Positions 9,227-16,616 of a stretch of DNA of 64,000 nucleotides are shown one piece after another. This DNA comes from Candidatus Omnitrophota bacterium. GTDB taxonomy: Bacteria > Omnitrophota > Gorgyraeia > Zapsychrales > Zapsychraceae. The notes below the pieces were generated by a model. That model searched no databases, was not told where the DNA came from, and saw nothing but the letters and a program-made list of their open reading frames with translations. The translations under genes and the position numbers were made by a program. The DNA is taken from contig JAIORP010000029.1 of NCBI GenBank assembly GCA_021108075.1, positions 10,311 through 74,310 of the forward strand, in the 5' to 3' direction. Every line of letters starts with the position of its first letter. Positions within the stretch are counted from its first letter, which is position 1.

Positions 9227-10360
9227 ATGAAGATTATATCAGTTGCTAATCAAAAAGGGGGTTGTGGGAAAACAACATCAGCCATTAATTTAGCATCTGC
9301 GTTAGGTCAAAACGGAAAACGCGTTTTATTGGTCGATTTGGATCCGCAAGCCCACGCTTCTTTAGGACTCAACATTGAAAGTCAAGACAGCATGTATAAT
9401 GTTATATCAAAATTAACCCCTAGAAAACTGAAGATAACAGATATTATTCATCGCGTTGAGGATTGTTTTGACATTGTGCCCTCCAATATCCTGGTCGGAA
9501 CTTTGGAGCAGGAACTCGCTGATGAAATTGGCCGTGAGTTGAAATTAACCGAAATCATGAAGCCCATGCGGGAACTTTATGATTATATCCTTATTGACTG
9601 TCCTCCGAGTTTAGGCATTTTGACGGTCAATTCGATCCGCGTCAGCGATGAGATCATTATTCCTGTTGAAACATCCCGTTTCTCCATGCAGGGAGTTGAT
9701 CACATTATGGATATCGTGAAGTTAGTCCGTGACCGTTTGAACCATGCCGTTAAATGCCGTATTTTGATTACCATGTTTGATTCCCGTCTGCGTCATTCGT
9801 TTTCCATGCTGGATACCTTCAGGCAGAAGTTTAAAGATTTATTGTTCGACACGATCGTTCATACCAATGTTAAGTTGAAAGAATCCGCTGTGATGGGGCA
9901 AACTGTTTCTTGTTTTGACAAGTACTGCCGGGGCTCTAAAGACTATTACACATTGTCTAAAGAAATTATCAGCTTAGAGCGCCAGGAAAAAGAACAAGAA
10001 GCCCGTACGGTTTTCCGTTCATTGTCCTCTCGGATGCAAAAGATGATCGAGAAAGAAACACGACAGGTCATCAGAGACACAAAGTTTGCCATCAAAGCGC
10101 CCGGGGCAAAAGCCGTTTATGTGACCGGATCATTCAATGACTGGTCTTTGGATGATTCCTGCCGCCTGCGTGAAGCTTCAATGGGGCAATGGGAAATCGA
10201 TATTCCATTAAAAGCTGGCCAATACGAATATCAGTTTATCGTTGACGGAGTATGGAAAGAAGATCCCAGCAATCCGGCGCAGGAACGCAATGTGTATGGT
10301 GACAATAATTCTGTGATGGATGTTAAATCTGAAGCGCAGCCTGTCTTTGAGAGGTTATAA
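9227..10360 (+). CDS. ParA/MinD-family ATPase fused to a C-terminal AMPK-beta-type glycogen-binding domain (CBM48)
   Basis: Deviant Walker A KGGCGKTT and ParA core (LLVDLDPQAHAS, DCPPSLGILTVNS). The C-terminal AKAVYVTGSFNDWS...GQYEYQFIVDGVWKEDPSNP...GDNNSVMDV aligns closely with the AMPK beta GBD (VYLSGSFNNWS...EHQYKFFVDGQWTHDPSEP...GTVNNIIQV). Confidence 0.8.
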   Translation: MKIISVANQKGGCGKTTSAINLASALGQNGKRVLLVDLDPQAHASLGLNIESQDSMYNVISKLTPRKLKITDIIHRVEDCFDIVPSNILVGTLEQELADEIGRELKLTEIMKPMRELYDYILIDCPPSLGILTVNSIRVSDEIIIPVETSRFSMQGVDHIMDIVKLVRDRLNHAVKCRILITMFDSRLRHSFSMLDTFRQKFKDLLFDTIVHTNVKLKESAVMGQTVSCFDKYCRGSKDYYTLSKEIISLERQEKEQEARTVFRSLSSRMQKMIEKETRQVIRDTKFAIKAPGAKAVYVTGSFNDWSLDDSCRLREASMGQWEIDIPLKAGQYEYQFIVDGVWKEDPSNPAQERNVYGDNNSVMDVKSEAQPVFERL

Positions 10361-10567
10361 TCACTGATTTCATTGATTCAAATGGGGGATTTTATTTTTA
10401 TTGAGACGTGTTTTATTTTTCCCTTGTGCCCTGTCGAGTTCGTTGTCCTGTCATGCTTTCATGTCTAAATGCCGGGCCGTAGATTTCTTTGGGGATAAGT
10501 TTTCGCGATAGTAAGGCGTGAAATGAAATTATCTCAGTGAGATACAAAAATAATTTATTCAGTTATA

Positions 10568-11326
10568 ATGTCATTATTTGAAAAAATATTAAGCGGGCTG
10601 AAAAGCCTGGTTGATTTATTTCCTCGTAGAAAAAAGAAATACAATCGTAATATTCCAAAAGTCCGGCGCACACCGCCTGCCGATAGAAAGAAACCGCAAT
10701 CACGCTCGACAAGGGCTTTCGGCGCGAGACCAAAAAAGAAGCAGACCTCAGCACGATCAACAAAACGCAGACAAACGGGCTCTTCTGCGAAGGCCTCCGC
10801 AAGCAAGATTTCTCCCTCAAAAAAACAGACCGGAAAAAAAACGGAGCCTCGTTATGGAAAAGAGACAATTGTAAAGAAGGCATCCGGGACACCAAAGAAG
10901 GCGCTTGCGGAAACACCGAAAGCCACCCGCCGCAAAGATTCGAAATCTTCAGCGAAGACGCCAGGGAAACAGCGGCCGGGCTCCCGGCGCAAGGCCAGGC
11001 TGATGGAGCGATCGCCTTCAAAAAGGCGAACTCAGCCCAGAGGAAAAATTCAATCAGGAAAACTGAATTCGTTGGATGAGGAAAAATACATTGGAGCCAT
11101 CACCCATTATTTCTCCCGGATAAATGTCGTGGTCTTAAAAATGGAGAATGGCCCATTGCGTCTGGGAGATGATATACATATCAGGGGCAGGAAAACGAAC
11201 TTTAAGCAACCCGTCGAATCTTTACAAGTCGAAAGTTTTGATGTTAAAAAAGCCGAGAAAAATCAATTGGTTGGACTGAAAGTCCTCAAGCCGGTGACGG
11301 TCGGTGATCAGGTCTTTAAAATTTAA
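10568..11326 (+). CDS. Highly basic low-complexity protein (K/R/S/T-rich N-terminal 170 aa) with a C-terminal EF-Tu-domain-2-like beta-barrel
   Basis: The N-terminus is about 35% Lys+Arg (RRKKKYNRNIPKVRRTPPADRKKPQSRSTRAFGARPKKKQ...). The C-terminus GAITHYFSRINVVVLKMENGPLRLGDDIHIRG...LVGLKVLKPVTVGDQVFKI resembles a translation-protein beta-barrel. The overlapping ORFs 10555-11021(-) and 10611-10874(+) are composition artefacts. Confidence 0.55.
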   Translation: MSLFEKILSGLKSLVDLFPRRKKKYNRNIPKVRRTPPADRKKPQSRSTRAFGARPKKKQTSARSTKRRQTGSSAKASASKISPSKKQTGKKTEPRYGKETIVKKASGTPKKALAETPKATRRKDSKSSAKTPGKQRPGSRRKARLMERSPSKRRTQPRGKIQSGKLNSLDEEKYIGAITHYFSRINVVVLKMENGPLRLGDDIHIRGRKTNFKQPVESLQVESFDVKKAEKNQLVGLKVLKPVTVGDQVFKI

Positions 11327-11643
11327 TGGAGTGAATTCCTCGTAGCTCTGCTGCGAGGAGAAGCACTCCCGGCGGGAATTTTCCACCTTTATTTAAGGCG
11401 GGGATAAGAGTCCGCTCCAGCGGCTTTATCGCTGGACAACGTCTTGCGCCGGGAGCGCTTGAAGCAGAATGCCCCACGGGTGTGAACCCGCGGGATCTAT
11501 TGGATATGGGTGGAATGAATGATCGTGAGAAATTTTATGCCGACATTGTCATCGGCGCACTGGCCTGCTTTTTTAATTAAGGCCTGGCAAAAATATCAGG
11601 ACAGTTTAAACCATTAACGCAAAAATTAGGGAAAGAGGAGTAT

Positions 11644-12078
11644 ATGCCGAAAAAAAAGGAAGTAGGGGCAAAAGAAAAGAATCTCATGCGCCGGTATCTC
11701 ATCTGGTGCTACAAAACCACAAAAGAAGATCTCGACCGCATTGAACGCTATTTTACACAACGTGTTGTCGATGAACAGTTGTTAAAATGTTTACAAAAGG
11801 ATCCTGCGATCAAGAAAGGAGCAGATAAAGACCTCGTTAAGGCGGTTGATGATTTTCAACAGTACATGAATATTAAACTTGAAAAGGCGGTCAGGCAAAA
11901 GTTTGCAGACCAGGATCAGGCGGTTTTTCATCCAGAGTATCATTATTTGAAACTGCGGTTTGAGGCCATCGAGAAGACCGTTGTGCATTTTTTTGGTAAG
12001 GTCGAGTTGAGCCATATTGAGGCTTTATATGAAACGGAGATGACGCGCCGGATATTAGAGGCGCGGGAGCACACATAA
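11644..12078 (+). CDS. hypothetical protein
   Basis: 144-aa ORF preceded by the RBS AAAGAGGAG. No recognisable motif. Confidence 0.45.
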   Translation: MPKKKEVGAKEKNLMRRYLIWCYKTTKEDLDRIERYFTQRVVDEQLLKCLQKDPAIKKGADKDLVKAVDDFQQYMNIKLEKAVRQKFADQDQAVFHPEYHYLKLRFEAIEKTVVHFFGKVELSHIEALYETEMTRRILEAREHT

Positions 12079-12205
12079 TGAACTGTGCGCGTCGCCGTTC
12101 TCATTATTCTATGACCAACAGGCATGCTAAACGTTTATTTCTTATTGATAGGAACATTGTGTGGGCGGGGTTTGGATTGCTGTGGTTGCCTCAGGGAGAC
12201 AAATA

Positions 12206-12490
12206 TTATTTGCGACGCATATAACGGTAGTCTTTCATGCGTTGTTTTTGACGCTCCATATAATCTTTATATTGTTCACGGACTTCACGCATGCGGTCCT
12301 CTTGTGTTTTTTGGGTGAGGGCTTGCTTTTCTTCGTTATCTTTGACGGCTTTTTCCTTAGGGGGTTCTTCGATCGAAGTCTCAGGTTTAAGGAGCCCAAA
12401 GCTCAAACCAATGGAATGCATCGCGCCTAAAAACATGACGCCACTATAAAGGACAGCCGCTATTATAATTGCTCCAAACCAGCTTTTCAT
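12206..12490 (-). CDS. Small secreted or membrane-anchored charged protein (hypothetical)
   Basis: N-terminal hydrophobic segment MKSWFGAIIIAAVLYSGVMFLGA, followed by a K/E/R-rich tail. Confidence 0.4.
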   Translation of the reverse strand: MKSWFGAIIIAAVLYSGVMFLGAMHSIGLSFGLLKPETSIEEPPKEKAVKDNEEKQALTQKTQEDRMREVREQYKDYMERQKQRMKDYRYMRRK

Positions 12491-12777
12491 ACTATAATTA
12501 TATAATATTTTAAAATATCAATCAATGTTTGTAAGGGTTTAATCTGGCAACTTAAATACCATTTAATGGATTTTCATTTTATGGTGCATGCGTCCTATTA
12601 AAAGACAAAAGATATCGGCAACACATTAAGCCTTTTCCATACAGAGGAACATTATTTTAAGACAATTACAGTGAATATGCAATATCAGATGTAAATTTTC
12701 GTAAAATATTGATGTTTTGGTCAAATGATTGATATAATAACAAACAATTTAGGGGTTCATGAAAAAGGGGAGAAGCA

Positions 12778-13218
12778 ATGGAAAAAAAATCAAAAAAGAA
12801 AACAGAGCAAGAACCAAAACAATTTGATTTAAGCAAAGAGTGGGAGATGACAAAGAAACACTTGCGTGTTTTTAGCAAGGAAGCGGTTGAACTTGCCAAG
12901 AAAGGAGAAAAAGAGCTGATTAAATTTTCCAAGATTGGAAAATTGCATGTTGATAATACAGCGGTATCCATTAAGAAAGAAAAATTGTATTATCAGATCG
13001 GTAAAGAATACGTGAAGTCTAAAGGAGAACCGCAGAAGAACGAAGAGTTAAAGAAACTTGTCGACGCCTTAAAGAATTTAGATAAAGAGCAAACCGTCAT
13101 CAAATCCAGAATTAAAAAGGGTCAACCAGAAAGTCCCGCTCCGGACAAAAAAACGTCCACCAAGAAAAAGACAATCAAAAAGAAAACGGTCAAGAAAAAA
13201 GTGGTTGATAGTGAATAA
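12778..13218 (+). CDS. Lysine-rich coiled-coil protein with histone-H1-like C-terminal tail (phasin/PhaF-like architecture)
   Basis: RBS AAAGGGGAG; K/E-rich helical N-terminal region; C-terminal KKTSTKKKTIKKKTVKKKVV tail. Confidence 0.5.
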   Translation: MEKKSKKKTEQEPKQFDLSKEWEMTKKHLRVFSKEAVELAKKGEKELIKFSKIGKLHVDNTAVSIKKEKLYYQIGKEYVKSKGEPQKNEELKKLVDALKNLDKEQTVIKSRIKKGQPESPAPDKKTSTKKKTIKKKTVKKKVVDSE

Positions 13219-13249
13219 TTGGGTGGCTATTTTTAGATATGAATATGAT

Positions 13250-13291
13250 ACAGGTGTTAGCAGCGTATGTTTGTCTAACACCTGTTTTTTT
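13250..13291 (+). terminator. rho-independent terminator
   Basis: ACAGGTGTTAG-cagcgtatgtttgt-CTAACACCTGT followed by TTTTTTT. Confidence 0.7.
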
Positions 13292-13355
13292 GTCCGTCAG
13301 ATATCTCTTTGTCAGATGCTGTCAGGTTGAAAGCGGATGTATTCGGTAGAAAAAA

Positions 13356-14108
13356 ATGGATAATTATTTTATTAACAATCCGATATTTTTAAAATATAAG
13401 AAGACCTTTAACTTTTCGAAATTCCGCAGGGAAAAATGTTTGAAGTCGGTTTTCGTTAATGAAAGGATCGTTGAACTGCCATTTGTGTTGCAGGCGCTGA
13501 GCGCTTTGCCGCAAAGGAGTTGTGTCCTTGATGTCGGCTGCAACGAGAGTCCGCTGGCTTTACAATTGGCCTGTTTGGGGTATCGGGTGACAGGATATGA
13601 TTTCCGCGGCTACCCGTATAAACACCCTAACTTGGATGCTTTGAAGGGTGATATATTGAACATGCCGTTTCAAGATGATTATTATGATGCGGTAACCGCC
13701 GTTTCCACGGTCGAACATCTTGGTCTGGGTTTTTATGATGACCCCCTGATGGCTGAAGAGTCTGACCGACGGGCCATTCAGGAAATAAAACGGGTCCTAA
13801 AGAAAGATGGCTTATTGCTTCTCACTGTTCCTTATGGCCGGAAGTCGATCAGTGAACAGCAACGCATCTACAACCAGGGCAGTTTGCGATGCTTATTGCA
13901 AGATTTTGAAGTTGAGGTTATATCTTTTTTTAAGAATGTCTTTGTCGATCCTGAAAAGTTGAACACCTGGGTGCAAACGTCCCAGTCGGATATCAGTCAA
14001 GTCGCTTCTGCTCAGACGACCAATGGTGTTTGCCTGGTTAAGGCGAGAAATAAAAAGAAAAAAGGCAAAATGGAAGCAGGGAATAAGTTTGGACGAGGAC
14101 ATGATTAA
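13356..14108 (+). CDS. class I SAM-dependent methyltransferase
   Basis: Motif I VLDVGCNESPLALQLACLGYRVTGYD, with an acidic loop after it. Confidence 0.7.
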   Translation: MDNYFINNPIFLKYKKTFNFSKFRREKCLKSVFVNERIVELPFVLQALSALPQRSCVLDVGCNESPLALQLACLGYRVTGYDFRGYPYKHPNLDALKGDILNMPFQDDYYDAVTAVSTVEHLGLGFYDDPLMAEESDRRAIQEIKRVLKKDGLLLLTVPYGRKSISEQQRIYNQGSLRCLLQDFEVEVISFFKNVFVDPEKLNTWVQTSQSDISQVASAQTTNGVCLVKARNKKKKGKMEAGNKFGRGHD

Positions 14109-14303
14109 GAATCGCGGATCAACACACCTGCTGACTCAGCCAGGGATATAGACTTGATGTGCACGGATGCGTTGGTAAGAAAAGGAAAAGAGTTGTTGAT
14201 CGATAGCGGAGTTAACACATAAAACCGAGGGATCAAAGATTGGTCGAGAGGGTGTGTATCGCGATAATTTGTACTCTTTGATGAAGAAAAAGTCGAAAGG
14301 AAT

Positions 14304-16040
14304 ATGCGGATATCCATGAAGAAAGACGGACTCACACGCTGGCTTGATTTCATTCTGCTCAGCTGTGTGATTGTATTTATAACCTGGCAGCCGTTTTATT
14401 TGCACGGTACGCTTAATACGTTTGAGCATGGACTGTATTTGCCAGGGATTCAGGGGATCCTTGATGGGAAAATGCCTTATCGGGATTTTATGTATTTGCG
14501 TGGACCATTTGAATTGTATGTGCCCGCATTCATGATGATGGTTGCCGGTCGAAATGTTGCCGTCCTAGCGACTTATTTTTATGCCGGTACCGTCTTAACA
14601 TTATTAATGTGCCTTTTGATTGCCAGAGAGGTTCTCGATAGGCGCTGGTTGTTGGCGCTCTTTGTTTTTGTCCTCACCGCGCGCACTTTTCCGCGCGTGG
14701 TTTTTACGTATTGGGGTGGGTTGCGCTACGTCTGGGGGCTGTTATCCGTCTGGTTCTTGATAAAATTTTTTAAAAGTTATAAGAAATCATGGTTGTTTTT
14801 CTGTGGGATAACGACGGCGATTGCGTTCTGGACAAGTATCGAAATGGGCTTTTGCTCAGGCATGATGGCGGGGCTGAGCTTGGTGATCATCGCCGGTCTA
14901 TCCAGGTTAAAGGAATCGGATCATAAACCGAAGATACCGCTGATCTCTGGGTTCGTTGTTTTTGGAGGAGCCGTTTTGGTGCTCAGTGTGCCCTACGCGA
15001 TATATTTAATGGCCAACGGGGCTTTGATACCTTTTATCGATAATGTGCTGACCATTGTCACACGCCTAAACCAAACCTTTCCACAAACGGATCTTGTTCC
15101 ATTGAACCTCGGTGATGTGCTGCTTGGGATGCTAAGCCCTGCCAGTAAGAATTTTCGTCATTTAACGCCTATCTACACCTATCTGATCATGGCGGGTTAT
15201 CTGTACATCCGGGCGCGTTTGCGGCGTTGGCAAACACAGGATTCCTGCGTGCTGGTAATTTGGATCTATGGGGCCTTGCTCTATGCGACGTCTTTTCGTA
15301 ATCTTTGGGCTTCCCAGTTTGAGATGGCCTTGCAACCAGAGAAAATTTTGTTGTTCTGTTTGATTCACCTTTTAATTGACTTTTTGTTGCGCTGTCGCGA
15401 CGATTTGAGAACGAATTTGCAACCGGAACAGGTCAGCCGGCTTAATTGGTGGAAAAAGCGTTTGGGCCTAGGGCTGATTTATTTTTACCTTGTCAGTGTC
15501 ATTATGTCTTCAATCATTTACCCTTTTGTGCGTTTTTCCAGGCGATTTACCAGCATTAAATATGTTTTTTGCCTGCTGAAGGGGGAAGATCCCGCGCAAT
15601 TGTCTCCGCTCAGGGATCAACAGCAGAAGAAATTAGCCATTCCCCCTCTAAAGGGGCTGACTGTTCCTGCCTGGCAGGCGGATGATTTTTATGAAATCTA
15701 TGACTTTGTCCAAAAAAATGTGCCGGTTGATGAGCCCGTATTGTTTTATCCGGAGATGGCCGCTTACTATTTTATTGTTGACCGACCTTATTTAAGCCGT
15801 TTTCCCATGGGGACTTTTCCCTGGTTTAATGAGCGTTGGTACGGGGACTTTAAATGCGCCCTCATTGGGCAAAAACCACGTTACGCTATCTTCCCCAAGG
15901 AGTTACCGGATTATTTTGACAAGCAACATTTTACTGTCGAAGCCAATCGGGTCAAATATAGCGAAACGATGGATTTTATCAGGACAAATTATAAACCGAT
16001 TAAGAAGACACATTCATTTGTTATTTGGGAGAATATATAG
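14304..16040 (+). CDS. Large polytopic membrane protein (putative membrane glycosyltransferase-like; hypothetical)
   Basis: More than 10 predicted TM segments across 578 aa. No soluble catalytic motif was recognised. Confidence 0.45.
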   Translation: MRISMKKDGLTRWLDFILLSCVIVFITWQPFYLHGTLNTFEHGLYLPGIQGILDGKMPYRDFMYLRGPFELYVPAFMMMVAGRNVAVLATYFYAGTVLTLLMCLLIAREVLDRRWLLALFVFVLTARTFPRVVFTYWGGLRYVWGLLSVWFLIKFFKSYKKSWLFFCGITTAIAFWTSIEMGFCSGMMAGLSLVIIAGLSRLKESDHKPKIPLISGFVVFGGAVLVLSVPYAIYLMANGALIPFIDNVLTIVTRLNQTFPQTDLVPLNLGDVLLGMLSPASKNFRHLTPIYTYLIMAGYLYIRARLRRWQTQDSCVLVIWIYGALLYATSFRNLWASQFEMALQPEKILLFCLIHLLIDFLLRCRDDLRTNLQPEQVSRLNWWKKRLGLGLIYFYLVSVIMSSIIYPFVRFSRRFTSIKYVFCLLKGEDPAQLSPLRDQQQKKLAIPPLKGLTVPAWQADDFYEIYDFVQKNVPVDEPVLFYPEMAAYYFIVDRPYLSRFPMGTFPWFNERWYGDFKCALIGQKPRYAIFPKELPDYFDKQHFTVEANRVKYSETMDFIRTNYKPIKKTHSFVIWENI

Positions 16041-16145
16041 TATTATTGTATTTCATTTGTCAATGAATGATGTCCGTTTACATCTGTGAGTCATAAAATA
16101 GTAGTATACTTATAAATTATAATAACCTCGACTGCGATTTAACCC

Positions 16146-16174
16146 TTGACTATCAGATAGGGCGATAGTATAAT
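16146..16174 (+). promoter_or_regulatory. sigma-70 promoter for rpsO-pnp
   Basis: TTGACT (16146-16151), exactly 17-nt spacer, TATAAT (16169-16174). Confidence 0.55.
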
Positions 16175-16267
16175 ACCGCACTTGTGTATTTATTGTTTTT
16201 TAAATTCGAAAAAAGTTCGAGAAATTTTTTAATATTTGATTTTTAACATGTTTAAGGAGGTAGGAAA

Positions 16268-16537
16268 TTGGTTTTACTGAAGAATGAAAAAACAGCTATC
16301 ATTGATGATTTTAAGGTTCATGCTAAGGATACGGGGTCCCCTGAAGTACAGGCTGCATTGTTGACGAAAAAGATTGAGTATTTAGCCGGACACTTAAAAG
16401 CCCACAAAAAAGACTTCCATTCACGTCGGGGTCTCTTGAAAATGATTGGGAAAAGACGTCGCCTTCTCGATTATTTGAAGAAAAAGGATGCGCAAAAATA
16501 TCAAGATACGATTGCACGGTTGAAGTTACGCAAATAA
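16268..16537 (+). CDS. rpsO: 30S ribosomal protein S15 (TTG start)
   Basis: [53 protein letters not shown] is the canonical S15 sequence. AAGGAGG RBS lies 7 nt upstream of TTG. Confidence 0.9.
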   Translation: MVLLKNEKTAIIDDFKVHAKDTGSPEVQAALLTKKIEYLAGHLKAHKKDFHSRRGLLKMIGKRRRLLDYLKKKDAQKYQDTIARLKLRK

Positions 16538-16616
16538 TTTAAAAGAATTAAGAAACCGCAAAAGCCTGTCGTCAATCAGATGGTGAGAGTGCATAGTGTA
16601 GGTTTAAGGAGGTAGT

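Noticed and set aside
10555-11021. Three overlapping ORFs (10555-10806 -, 10563-11021 -, 10611-10874 +) around the basic-protein gene
   Set aside because: Artefacts of the AAG/AGA/CGC-rich low-complexity sequence, which is open in several frames. Only the + frame starting at 10568 continues into a structured C-terminal domain and ends at a conserved downstream motif.
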